Origin: Felis catus
Lineage: Eukaryota
Length of the DNA: 64,000 nucleotides
NCBI RefSeq assembly: GCF_018350175.1
Contig: NC_058368.1
Span: 153,328,001 to 153,392,000, forward strand
Direction: 5' to 3'
Below, in pieces: positions 11,977 to 24,375 of this stretch (position 1 is its first letter; the number at the start of each line of letters is the position of its first letter). A program made the position numbers and the translations under genes. The notes beneath the pieces are model-generated. The model saw only the letters and a list, made by a program, of their open reading frames with translations. It searched no databases and was not told where the DNA came from.

Positions 11977-12213
11977 CTTTTCTTTTCTTTAATTATTATT
12001 ATTATTATTATTTTTTTTTTTTGAGAGAGAGAGAGACAGAGCATGAGTGGGGGAAGGGCAGAGAGAGAGAGGTAGACACAGAATCTGAAGCAGGTTCCAG
12101 ACTCTGAGCTGTCAGCACAGAGCCGGATGCAGGGCTCGAACCCACAAACTGTGAAATCCTGACCTGAGCTGAAGTTGGACGCTTAACTGACTGAGCCACC
12201 GAGGTGGTGCCAC
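11977..12213 (-). mobile_element. CAN-SINE
   Basis: SINE body with (TTA)n/T tail. Confidence 0.95.
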
Positions 12214-12429
12214 CGCAGGGTTTCTATTTGAGTATTTGCTACTATTCCAGTAAGTAGGTTTTATTATTCTCATTTTCAGAGAAGTCACAAAGCTAGTAAG
12301 CAGAAGAGACAAGACTGAATCCTATCTCTTGATGCCTAGTACTGTGGACTTTCCTTTATACACCTTCTCCTTATCTCAGAATTCCTCACATACATCATAA
12401 GCTTTCAAGAAATGAATGCAAGAGCGGGG

Positions 12430-12540
12430 CGGGGGGGTCTGGCTGGCTCAGTTGGTGGAGCATATGACTCTTGATCTTAGGGTTGTAAATTTGAGCCCCA
12501 TTTTGGGTGTAGAGATTACCTAAAAATAAAATCTTAAAAA
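12430..12540 (+). mobile_element. Short older CAN-SINE lacking (CT)n
   Basis: ctggctggctcagttggtggagcat..gggtgtagagattac.taaaaataaaatctt. Confidence 0.9.
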
Positions 12541-12579
12541 CAGTGCATGCAGGAGATAATTGACTATTAGAATGGATAT

Positions 12580-13335
12580 AGACTGCCCAAGTTCAATTAT
12601 CATCTTGGGCAAATTAACTTTACCTTCCTTTCCCATGCCTCAGTTTCCTCATCTGTAAATTGGGAATTAGCAATATTTACCTGTAGTGTGCATTATACTT
12701 GGCTCTCCCAAATTTGATCTATTTCTTTTTCACTGTGTAGTCGGCATTGTGGTACAGAAAATCACCCCAGCACCAGGAGTAAATTACAATTCATCCAAAC
12801 CAATCAAGATAACCCTAGCACTCTGGATCAGGAGGTGAGTTAATCCTACCATAGTATTTTTCTTCCCCCCAAGTTCACCCCCAGTAGCTATTTATGAGAT
12901 AAGCAACTGGGTAAAGGTGGCTCATAAGGAGGTGAAGGCAAGTTTTTCACTTTTTTTCATTGTTTGTGGGGCACCCTGTCACCTTTGCTGGATATAAATA
13001 AGGAAATGGTTTTCTGGCTGATAGCCATGCCAGAAAGGGAAATTGGTGTTAGGAGGAATCCAACCCTGGATGTAAGGACAGAGATAGAACCTGGGAACCT
13101 GGTGACTGTAGGAAGCCACTAGTCATCAACCAATCCTGGAGCTGCTCTCTCTCTAGACTACCAAGTGCCTGTATTGTTTTGGTCAGTTGGAGGTTTTTTT
13201 GTTTTTGTTTTTTCCTATAATTTACAGTGATTCAAACACCCTAGCTGATAACCTATCTCAAAGGATTACTGTAAGAATTAAATAACATACTACATAAAAA
13301 GAGCTTGGCATTAATAAGGACTTAACAAATGTGAA
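12580..13335 (+). mobile_element. MIR split by an old ERVL/MaLR-type LTR (about 12682-13250)
   Basis: The MIR core cctcagtttcctcatctgtaaa precedes the LTR and resumes as acctatctcaaaggattactgtaagaattaaa. The LTR-like part starts tgtagtg and ends caccctagctgata. Confidence 0.55.
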
Positions 13336-14199
13336 TTAAATAACCTTATCAGGGAAGTTACTAGGTCCAAATTTAAAAAGTATACTATTGGTGGGTAAAT
13401 CCTGGTCTCCTTTCAAATTCTCCTTTACCAAGAGCACAAGTGACCTTAAATGCCATTGTCAGCTCCTGACCAAAAGCTCCCTTGGAGGTGTTTTCACCAG
13501 CAGGATTAGAGAAGCCAAAATAACCAGGTGAATATCTCTGACCATGATAGAGAACTTGGCTATAACAGGAAAAGATTATTCTGAGGTTTATAGAATCACA
13601 GAACAACAGGTAACAGTTCATTTTAGTAAAGAGATTCACAAAAGAGGTAGACAGGTATTGATATCTCTAGTCATGGCTGAAGAAACTGGGGCTTGGATTA
13701 AGTGACTTGCCCCTGTCTCATAGCAGAGATGGATCTCATCCAAACCTGGTCACATTACCCGTAGTGGATGTTCTTTTGGCTGTCCAACATGCCACCCTTT
13801 CTTTTAGGGCACTGTCCCTCCACTCCATTAAACATGTGATTGTTTTGGGGGCTGCCAAGTAATGTTTAGTTTCCTTTTTTCTAGGCGAACACAAAATGAT
13901 GGTTTGTTCAATAACTACATTTATAGTCATTAACCTACCCTTAAGCATATAAAATTCAACTTTTAAAAGGAAGCAAGAAAGGATAAGCAGAGGACACATA
14001 ATCTTTGGTTAATAGATGATTCTGTTATGTCTTTTAGGGTGTGGAATACCCTGACCAGTGTATTAGACCAAAAAAAAAAAAAAATCATAAGAATTTGCTA
14101 GGGAGAGAGGGAATAGATCCACTTCAGGTTTAAAAGTATGAACTTAAGGGTAAATTTTAGAGAGGAAGAAGCTTGCAAATCATCAGAACAGGCCCTAGA

Positions 14200-14236
14200 A
14201 GTGTGTGTGTATGTGTGTGTGCGTGTGTGTGTGTGT
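14200..14236 (+). repeat. (GT)n microsatellite, imperfect
   Basis: Seen directly. Confidence 0.9.
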
Positions 14237-15298
14237 TGGTAGTGATTTTGTGTCATTGCCTCATTCTTGGCACTCAGTCAGTACTCAAGAAAACCAGATT
14301 GAAAATTTGGAATCTGTGCTTCAGCGGATTGAAACTGACCTCTAGTCACTAAGGAAAAATCAAAACAAAACACACAAGAATTTAGAGAGGATAATTTCCT
14401 GCCAACAAATAATTTTTCCTTGATGTTATTTCTTAAGCCAATATTCCAATGGGAAAAATAGACAGGTTGGTCAAGAGTTCAATATAATTTTCTGTGACAT
14501 TTGACCTTAAGTGACATAATAAGAAATTAATGACAGAAAATTATATTCTTTCATATGGATGTATTTGTGACTATTTGTCTCACACAGAATACTTAAAAAG
14601 GAAAAAGAAGGGGAAATCTAATGGTACTTTGTTTTACTTAAAATGTTAACTCTTAAGCTAATTTATTTATTCAATAAATATTTTTGCCAGGTACTGTTTT
14701 AGGCACTTGGGATGTATCACTGAACAAAAATGGTAATGAAACTGTACATAGAGATGAGGGTTTAAAATCTTGTTGAGCTTCTGAGACTTGTGAACTAATT
14801 TATTTGCTTGCTGTAATTGTTATCGTAATTCTTGGCTAAACAGCTTTTTATAATGCCTTGATTTTGAAAACTTCAGTTAGGGTTTAACTTCCCATCCTTT
14901 GTTGAGCCAATGATCAGTAAGGGAACTAGGAAAGCTAAGGGGAAGGTGAAACAGAGGGAGACTCTGGGACGATTTGGAGGGACGGGTAGAAAAGTGTCAT
15001 CTGAGTGAACAAGAATCTATGTGAAGGGAAATGTTGGATTTGTATAGAAAGGAGAACTCTGAGGGAAACTCGTCAAGGTTTGAACAAGACACTAGTTATC
15101 TTTGCGGTGTGAGGTACAGTGCGAACACCTCAGTGGTACTTAAGGAAACTTCCATAAAACCTCCGTCTCTTTTCAGTATTTCTGGTGGGGATTTCCCCCT
15201 TCTTTGTATCCCATCCTACTTGTCTTCTTTTTTTCCTTCTTCCAATTGTAAGTCAAACTTGCAGAGAATAGTCTTAAGGCAGGGGCGAAACAACCTAG

Positions 15299-15387
15299 TG
15301 TTAAATTAATTAAATGAAGAGGCCCTTAGACTGAGGTGGTTATTTTTTTAAACGTTTTTTTAAATTTATTTTTGAGAGAGAGAGAGA

Positions 15388-15428
<41 letters not shown>

Positions 15429-15848
15429 GGGGAGGGACAGAGAGCTCAGGGAACAGAGGATCCCTAGCCGGCTCTGAACTCACAAACCACGAGATCATCA
15501 CCTGAGCCCAAGTCAGAAGCTCAACAAACTGAGCCACCCAGGCCCCCCCGGGACTGAACTGGTTCTAACAAACTAAAACCTAAGCCTGTAATGCCTCAAG
15601 GTTAAGAAATTGAATCCTAAGGACAACCAATCACAGTCAGTTACTCTTACCCCAGCAAGGCAAGCACATAAGCTATAGACAATCAAATAATTTTCTTGCT
15701 TCTGGGTCTTTTCTAGAAAAGTCTTTCCCCTAGCTCTTGTCCATAGAGCACTCATGACCACTTCTGGTTTGATACAGCCCAGTTAGATTCAGTTTTTGCT
15801 CAAATAAACTCTTACAATTTGTAATATGCCTCTGATTATCTTATAACA
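15299..15848 (+). mobile_element. Complete ERV1-class solo LTR (MER57/MER67-like) with a SINE insertion
   Basis: Starts TGTTAAA and ends TTATAACA, flanked by the 4-bp TSD CTAG (15295-15298, 15849-15852). CCAAT near 15627 and AATAAA near 15803. Confidence 0.8.
15341..15549 (-). mobile_element. CAN-SINE with (CG)n(CA)n tract, inside the LTR
   Basis: TSD gactga..tggtt. Confidence 0.9.
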
Positions 15849-16779
15849 CTAGTTATATTTAAGTTACATATAATTTTTTAAAGGATTCAATAGTATATAA
15901 TTTGATGTTTGGAGAATATTCCTCTCATAAATTAAACATAAGTAAGTAACTGAGACAGTCTCTTCTTCACAATGAGTTTCAACTGAAGGTCAATTTATAA
16001 TTCTTATGATTGTCAAAAGGAGAACATGGGTTTAGGGAGGCCGTGACACTGAACCTTAGAATTCTGTCATTAAACATAAAGCCATTGGTCATACTCTGGA
16101 AAAACTGCTGGCCTTATCGGATGTAACCTAAGTAGCAGTAGTGGATGTAATAATGGTAACGATATTAAGAGAAGCTGTAGTGGTGATAGGAGCCTCCTGT
16201 GTGCCAAGGGCCATTCTAGACATTGTTTCACTGAATTCTCACTATTCTTCTTTGAGGTGGGTAAGGTACTTGCTCAGTATTACAGATTTACAGCCATCCT
16301 TTGACACATCTTTTGGGCATGCACTACCAGAGCAATGATAGATTATCTAGCATCCAGGATTCTGGCCTATTCTGAGGAGGAGAACAAAGAGCCTTTTACA
16401 CTCAGAGATGGTTCTCAGGACTTGTCATGTTGACCTGCTCTCAGAATGGGCCTCCTTTGTTCTAGAACTTCCCTGATTAGGAGCCCATATATATATCACA
16501 AAGCATCACAGACTCTCCAGATGCACGTAAGGGCACAAACCTTTAGTCTATTTGGCATTCACATTACAGAAGAAAAACAAATAGCTGGATATTTACATCT
16601 TCACTTGCAAATACAATATCATTTTGGGATGACTTCTTTTCCTTCCTCCCTTTGCTCTCCCCTTCCTTCTTTCCTTCCTTCTTTCTGTCTTTTGTTCTTT
16701 CTTTCATGTGAATCTACTCAAACAAGCGTTGAGGGGCTCCTTTATGCAAGGCCCATGCTAGATGCTGGGGCTGTATGAT

Positions 16780-17610
16780 TGTGGTATAGTAAGAAATATA
16801 TATATATTTTGGTCTTCCTCCCTGGTTCCTGGCACAGGGCCCCTAAAACCCTTGGAATTTCTTAAGCAACAGGAGCGACCAGAGCATCTTTATTATTCAT
16901 AATAAGCCCCTTTAAACCATACTTAAGCTTATGCTAATAAGGTGACTCTTGGAAGGTGGAGGCTGGTTGTCAGAGGATCCAATCATGTAATTTAAGAGTT
17001 GGAGCTTTCAGCCCTACCCTTTGACCTCCAGGAAGGACAGGGGCTGGAGAATAACTTAATCACTAATAGCCAATAATTAAATCGATCATGTCCACACAAT
17101 GCAATCTCTATAAAAACCTTAAGCTATGGGATTCGAAGAGCTTCCAGGTCAGTGAACACATGGAGATGCTGGGAGGGTGGTACATCCAGAGAGGGCAGGA
17201 GGCTGCACATCCCCTCTACCCATACCTTACCCTATGTATCTCTTCCATCTGGCTGTTCCTGAGTTGTATCCTTTATAATAAACTGGTAAATGTAAATGAA
17301 ATATTTTTCTGCGTTCTCTGAGCTATTCTGGGTGATTATCAAACCCAAAGAGAAGATGGAGGAAAAGCTCAATTTATATCCAGTTGATCAGAAATGCAGG
17401 TGACAATGTGGGTCTTAGGACTGGAACCTGAAGTGCAATCTTGTGAGACTGAGCCTGTAACTCTGGGGATCTGTGCTAATTCTGGCCAATGACGGTCCGA
17501 ATTGAGTTAAATTGCAGGATAGTCAGTGGTTGCTGAGAGTTGGAGAATTCCTTGGTGTAGAGAAACCCACACACATCTGGGGTCAAAAATGTCCTGTGGG
17601 CAGAGAGGGA
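16780..17610 (+). mobile_element. MER21-like LTR
   Basis: tgtggtatagtaagaaatatat..tggttcctggcacag..ctaaaacccttggaattt..tcctgagttgtatcctttataataaactggtaaatgtaa. Confidence 0.85.
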
Positions 17611-17699
17611 ACACGTTTTCTTTTAATTGATGTTCCTTTGAATTATGCATTCAGCATGATCCTTGACTCTAGCAGAGCGAACATAATTTCCGTATAGTG

Positions 17700-17822
17700 C
17701 AGATCATAAGCACCATGAGGTCAGGAGCCATATGGTCTTGTTTGCCACTGTATTCTCTCTACCTGCCTTGCACAGGACCTGGCAATAAGCACGTGCTCAA
17801 AAATACATTGCATGAATGAATA
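17700..17822 (+). mobile_element. L2 3' end
   Basis: taagcaccatgaggtcagg..cacaggacctggca..gtgctcaaaaata..atgaatgaa. Confidence 0.7.
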
Positions 17823-19149
17823 CGAGTCTAGTATTGCTTCACTAATGAAAGGGTACGTTTGAAACCTCATCTGGTTACTGCCACCCTACAGACTGCCCAA
17901 ACTGCCCTCAGGAAAACAGAACCAGTGTACGTTCAGATCTAGAGAGTGGTCATCTGGAATACATACCTTATGAAAAAGTAAGGATATTCAGGTTGAGTAA
18001 TGACACTCACTTTGCAAATAACACATGTTCGTTTTCATGTTGCTAAAGACTCTTTGCTAGGAAACGAAACACTTGTAATTTAATATGTAATGTTCTCAGC
18101 GTCCCAGGCCAAACCACCTCAAGTTGTGAACGCTTTGGTTCTGAAGAGCCAGTCAGGGTCAGGGCAGGGCAGTACTTGGCCTAATGCCCCTCCGGAATAA
18201 ACCAAACAGCTACAGGAAGTGGTTTCCGTGATTCAGTAGGTGGCACACTTCCTTTTGAGTCAGAACTGAATCATGGCCGTGAGACAAAAAAGACCTATTT
18301 CTTTATCCCATACTTTTCCCCTATTCCCAATAGTAAATTTATCACAGTCTGTCATCTGACATATCCTGTTTAGTTTAACGTGTTTAACCAAAAAGGAAAA
18401 AAGATGCAAATCAACTACGAGGAGGCAAGAAGAGGATGGGAAACACAGCAGACTGAAATGGATCTAAGCATCACTATTTCATCAAAGGCCATATTCTCCA
18501 AAGAGACTGAAAGAGAAGCCATAATCTGACTTCACTGGGGTCATCAAGGCCCCTGGTTTTCTCTGCTCAATCTGACCCATTTCCAGTGGAAGCAGTCAGA
18601 TCACACTTACATAAACCGTGTTGCTTTAAATGGCTCTGTTCTCCTCTTCACTCACTGACCCTGGCTTCCTCCCTGGCCTGTCTGCTGGAAGGCTCTTCTG
18701 GTTGCTGTCCCAAACATGGCCCTCATTCAGCTGTGGGTGAAATGATCCTGTTCTGAATGTACTGAATGCTGCTGGCAATGCTGTAAATTGTTTTGAGGCT
18801 TAAGGAAAAACCCCCTGGATATCAACAAGTCATAAAAACAGACATATTTTCTCAGTGTGTCTTTTCTTTTTCAACATTTACAGTTCTGGGAATGTAAACA
18901 TTTTCATCCACATTTTCATCTGATGAGCTTGGTTTTACTATAGATTTGTTGCTTCCTTCTACCCCAGTTCATTCCGATTGATTTCATGTTTCAAAACAAA
19001 GATGCAGAAATCCGTGCTATATGTCTTGTATTTATATCACTCTTGGAAGACTGATAATCAGACTGGAATCAGAAATCTTACTGCCATGTTAGTATTCTAC
19101 AGCTGCTTCTGTGAACTATTCCAATTGTTTAAAGAACACAAGATTCAAA

Positions 19150-19360
19150 ATCACATAGACCTGTGTTCAGATTCGAGCTCAACAAAAAACTCTACAGCTG
19201 TGTGACCTTAGATAAGTCTCTTAACCTCTCTGAGCCATAATTTCCTTAGTCTATAAAATGGGACTCTAGTAGAAGGCCAGTGTGACTGTGAGAACTAAAT
19301 AAAGCTTTTACATAGTGCCAAGAACAGCTCCTTGCTCATATTGGGTGTTTAAAATAAGCA
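19150..19360 (+). mobile_element. MIR
   Basis: agctgtgtgaccttagataagtctcttaacctctctgagcc..taaaatggg. Confidence 0.8.
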
Positions 19361-19939
19361 AGTGCCCTTTCTCTTTATTTACAATACCTTTCCATCGGGA
19401 GGTAAGAACGGCATTTGGACACAACAACTGCATGCACATGGTAAATCCTGTCCTTCCCAAAGACGTCAGTCACATCCAGCTCCTTTAGCACTTTCATCAA
19501 CAGCACCTGCAGCACATGTGATGTCAAATGGTATCCTTAATGGAGTGGTAGAGAGGCTCGGCCAGGAAGCAGGCTCTAAAGCCAAAGCCAGCTCTTCTGG
19601 ACAGGGCAGTTGTGGCTGATAGATGACAGCCAAATGTGAAGGGAGTCCTCATCTGACACACCGAAGACAGCACCTAGAGCATGGGCAGGGAGAAGAACCA
19701 CTGGCGGCCCTCACAGCCAGACAGAGCAGCCGTCAGGCCCAGGTCAAACAGGGCAAAGGCTGGTGGACAGGTGGCGATGTGGATACACTGTCAGATACGA
19801 AATGCCCTTCTAAAGCATGCATCCTTCCACATCCCTTCAATTCCTCCCAGATGGCCATACAGAGAGGTTGACGGTTCTTAGAGAAGATTAGTGGTGCCTT
19901 GCCCACAAAAAATTAGGGTCCAAAATGCCATTTTGTACT

Positions 19940-20115
19940 TACCTGTCTTAGAGCCATCACTTTGTGCATTGTGGTTGCCTGGTTTCCTGACTGTCTCTTC
20001 CACTGGATTGGGAGCTCCTGAAAGGCAAGGAATGTGTCTTACTTGTTTTTTAACCAATCCTTACCTATAGCTCAGTGCCTAACCCATAACAGACACTCAG
20101 CCAGTGTTTGTTGAC
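19940..20115 (+). mobile_element. L2 3' end
   Basis: ccactggattgggagctcctgaaaggcaagg..cagtgcctaacccata..gtttgttga. Confidence 0.7.
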
Positions 20116-21869
20116 ATCAAAGAAATATAAGAAAGTGAAGTCAGAGAGACCATGAGGAAACTTGCACAGGAATTGATGGCCTCTGGGGCCAAGGTGTCCT
20201 AGGAGGACTGGCTGGATAGGCTGGTTTTGAGGAAAAGAGCCAGAAGTCAGAACCCTAGTGTGACAATATGGGGAAAAGAGGACAGAAGCTGTTTTTGGAA
20301 ATTGCACTTGTGGGGAGTCCAAGCTAGACATGACTTCTGGAAGTGTGGGCATTGTCCGAGTGAAGTGTTGCTGGTGTGTCTGTCGGAGGCTTCTCTTTAA
20401 ATACCTACTGGAGTAGGATGACTCAGCAGCCGGAGGATGGGACACTCTCAGGCTGCCTCCTCCTTGAAGTGACAAATCACATTGCCCCGGGTGTCTGTGG
20501 CGGTCTGTGATATGACACATGATAGCTCCTTTCTTGCCAGGTCATCAGCCAGGGGGCCAAGTCACCCATTACTAATCCGGAGACTGACAAAAATTGTTTG
20601 ACGAGCATGACCTCATGCCCCAAGTGTGGGGATTCCTCTTTAAAATGGACTCTTATCATTGGATTCCGTTTCTGAAATTTAGAGGCAGCTCTTAAATTTT
20701 TCTTCTATCTCTCTATCAAGGACTTCTGATTATCTCCAGGATAAAGTCAAATTTTGATATCTTGGCAGTTGAAGTCCCGCAGAAACTGATCTACACCTAC
20801 TTTCCCAGCACCATAGACCCTTACTATGCTTTTTGTTTCCTGTTTTCCCTTTACACTGGCTTGCTACTTTTTGTTTCTTAGTTTTCATCCCCAGCAGATA
20901 AACAGCAGCAGGACAAAGCTTTAAGAAAGAGGCCCAGGAGGAAATCCTATCTAGTAGCTATTTCCTGAGAATTATGGAAGTTGAACCATTACTGAAATTT
21001 AATGGCACAAGACTTTCATACTGGTCAGGAACTAGCAGTGTTCTCTGGATTTTCTGTTTGACAAATGCTGGTTAACTTTCAATTAGGGATCCAAGAATAG
21101 CTCAGATACGAGGACCAAAAATTATACCCGCTGGAGCCCATGAATGAACTCTGTGCATTGAGCTACCTGCAAAGTGCAATCTATGTCTGAAAAGAACTGA
21201 GTACAATTTTAAACTTTTATTTTTAAGCACTCTAAGTGTTTACATGTCTGCAGGACTGATACCAACCTTCAGATCCCATTTTTGCAGCCTGTGGCGCAGG
21301 TTAAGGACGTAACCCATACTGCCCATAATGCCACTCTTCACCTCTAATGCCATCTTACGCGCTCACTCAAAACAGCTTTTCCAGTGAGAATTTTCTCAGT
21401 TGCATCAGTCAGTATAGTCCCCGATGAGCAATGTCATCACACATTCCGTGTTTCTGCAGAGCTTGGTTCAGTGGGTCCAATGCAGGTAGCAGTGCTTACT
21501 TCCATTTATTCAATTTGAATTTGAAAGAGGACCTCACTACTTGAGCCCACCCTCTGTAGGTCATACTCAAGAAGAATGGTGAATTGTGGCTTTTGTATTG
21601 ACCCCCATCCCCCCCACCACCCGCCGAGGTTTTCATTGTCAACCTAATTATTATTCGCAATAATAATTTCTGTTGACAGATGGTAGTAACTCCACAAGTC
21701 CCTTTTTGAGCCCAGAGAAATGTTGTTCCACTTGAGACAGATAAATGGGTAGAACAAAGAGAGAAAATAGAAATGTTTGTGATTCCAATTCACTTGGAAA
21801 TTCCATTTTGAGATACTATAGTTTTGAGTCCTTAGGAAATCCGCTTTGGACTGCTTATAATTTTTAACA

Positions 21870-22370
21870 CTATTGAAAAGTGAAATAAAACAAAACAACC
21901 CCTAATTTCATGAATTTATTATAGACATCTTAAAGTGTGTAGATAAACACCCAGAAGAAACTGCAACATCTCCGATCTCACAACCCAAAAATAACCACAA
22001 TTAATATTCTAAAGTTCCCCAAGTTTTTTTCTATGTCTAAGAAATTATGCTGAATATGTTACTTTGTTACCTATTTTTAAAATTTAATAATAGATGATAT
22101 ACCTCTTACAGCAGTGTAATTTCTATAACGATTAATTATTTTATGGCTTTTTCATAATATATTTAAGCCTCCTTATTTTTCTCACTGTTATACAAATGCT
22201 ACAAAGATACTTTTGTAAATAACTATTTGTCTGAATTTCCTATCAAGCCCTACAAGTAGAGTTTCTGAATCCAGGCATGATTTTTCTTAGGTTTCTTTTT
22301 TAATATGTGGTAAAATTCTCCTTAGAAAAGTTGTATCAATTTATACTCCTACAAGTGGTGTAGATTTTTT
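21870..22370 (-). mobile_element. Ancient L1 (L1ME/L1M-type) 3' fragment
   Basis: acccaaaaataaccacaattaatatt..cctacaagtagagtttctg..agaaaagttgtatcaatttatactcc. Confidence 0.6.
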
Positions 22371-22416
22371 AGAATCACCATGACAATCTGTGCTGCAAAA
22401 TACCTTTAAAAGAAAA

Positions 22417-22466
22417 GTGCGCGTGTGTGTGCGTGTGTGTGTGTGTTTGTGCGCGTACATGTGTGC
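22417..22466 (+). repeat. (GT/GC)n alternating purine-pyrimidine microsatellite
   Basis: Seen directly. Confidence 0.85.
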
Positions 22467-23095
22467 CTGCCTGTCTGTGAATTAACGGACATCTATTGAT
22501 CATCATCCTAAGTGCCAGGCACAGCTCTGGGCACTGAAAGAGTGAACAAGGCAGGAAATCACATTTTCAGCCTAAATTTTATTGATGGGATTTTGAACAA
22601 TAAGCAAATCTAATTTCAGGCTGTGATACGTGCTGTGAAGAGTAGAGCAGTATGTTTATTTGTGTGAAAGTAGGGGTGGGGTAGACATATCACTATTTTA
22701 GACAGATGTCGGAGAAGCCTAGTATAAAGATTCAATATCAAAATAGATGATATTTCTAAAACTCATACCTGATTATTTTAGAAAACTCTGACTGTGGGCA
22801 AGTATAAAGAGGAAATAAAAAGCTACCTAATGTCCTAGAAATTTGGTTCATGTCTTTTCAGTTTTTGTTTCATGACACACACGTGCACCCGTGTATTATT
22901 AAGGTACTGCTGAATATGCGTATTATTTGCTCAGCATATGAAGACAGTAGTAGTCAGAAGTTTGCATGGCCGATGCGTCCAGTGAAAAGATTCAGTGCTC
23001 AGAAACTGGGGGCGTTTATTCTGTTGGCCAGTAGTTAACAAGAGTTTTGCAATTGCAACATCCCTTTGTAAATTGGTTTAAAATATCTCTTTTCC

Positions 23096-23332
23096 GGGGT
23101 GCCTGGGTGGCACAGTCGTTTAAGCGTCCGACTTCAGCCAGGTCACGATCTCGCGGTCTGTGAGTTCGAGCCCCGCATCAAGCTCTGGGCTGATGGCTCA
23201 GAGCCTGGAGCCTGCTTCCGATTCTGTGTCTCCCTCTCTCTCTGCCCCTCCCCCGTTCATGCTCTCTCTCTCTGTCCCAAAAATAAATAAAAAAAAAAAA
23301 AAGTTGAAAGAAAAAAAAATTAAAAAAAAAAA
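23096..23332 (+). mobile_element. CAN-SINE, young SINEC_Fc-type subfamily
   Basis: CpG-rich body and a long A tail. Confidence 0.95.
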
Positions 23333-23413
23333 TCTCCTTTCCCTCTTTTCCTTAAAAAAGGCCACATGGCTTATATACAGGTTTGCTTTTTTCATTAAAG
23401 TGAGTTTAAATTT

Positions 23414-23633
23414 GGGGCACCCAGGTGGCTCAGTTGGTTGAGTGTCCAATCTTGATTTCAGGTCAGGTCATGATCTCATGGTTTGCGAGTTTGAGCCTGG
23501 CGTTGGGCTTTGCGCTGACAGCGCAGAGCCTACTTGTGATCCTGTCTGTCTGTCTCTCTCTCTGCCCCTGCCCCGTTCTCTTTCTCTCAAAATAAATAAA
23601 TAAGCTTTGAAAATATATTTTAAAAATAAATAA
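23414..23633 (+). mobile_element. CAN-SINE
   Basis: ggggcacccaggtggctcag head and A-rich tail. Confidence 0.95.
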
Positions 23634-24056
23634 AGTAGGTTAAAATTCATTCCCTTCAGCGGAAAAGTCTGCAATAGTCTAGAGATCACTGGAGAAGCCA
23701 CAGAAGGCCGCAGGGCAGGCTCGGGGAATTACAGTTTGGGGATGAAAATACCAATAGGAAAAAACTTGGTAAAGCAATCTCGCGAATTCTTGGAGGATAT
23801 CTTCCCACCTCTGAAACCACCACAGCTAATTCTCTGTCTGTCAGGCCTCTAAAGAGCACCATGGTGCTCCACAGATTTGTAAAGTGAGTCTTTTCTGACA
23901 CTTTTTTTTTCTCTTAGAGCCCATATCCAGTGCATCAGCAAATCCTGTTGGCTCTACCTGTACATTCGTTCATTCCCATCTCCAGCCATTCATTCCCCAT
24001 CACCTCTGCTGTGGGCACCTGGGTGCCCTGCACCACCGCTGGCTCCTTACTGGTCT

Positions 24057-24375
24057 TTTTTTTTTTTTTTTTAATGTTTATGTATTTTTGAGAGAGTGAC
24101 AGAGCGAGACAGAGTGTGAGCGGAGGAGGGGCAGAGAGAGAGAGGGAGACAAAGAATCCGAAGCAGGCTCCAGACTCTGAGCTGTCAGCACAGAGCCTGA
24201 CATGGGGCTTGAACCCACAAACCACGAGATCATGACTTGAGCTAAAGTCATGTGTTCCACTGACTGAGCCACCCAGGCACCCCTTTAAAAAATTTTGTTA
24301 ATGTTTGTTTATTTTGGGGAGAGAGAGACAGTGCACGTGGGGGACGAGCAGAGAGAGGGAGACACACAATTCCCT
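24057..24375 (-). mobile_element. CAN-SINE (24057-24283) plus an adjacent 5'-truncated SINE (24284-24375), within an L2 remnant
   Basis: Two T-tail/(GA)n blocks; L2-like catcagcaaatcctgttggctctacct lies upstream. Confidence 0.85.

Noticed and set aside
19362..19881. Two in-frame ORFs in a GC-richer stretch
   Set aside because: They are separated by two consecutive stops, and neither strand gives a peptide I recognise.
20065..20520. Longest ORF in the track (151 aa, minus strand)
   Set aside because: It ends inside an L2 remnant, has no recognisable domain or exon structure, and its length is compatible with chance in a GC-richer patch.
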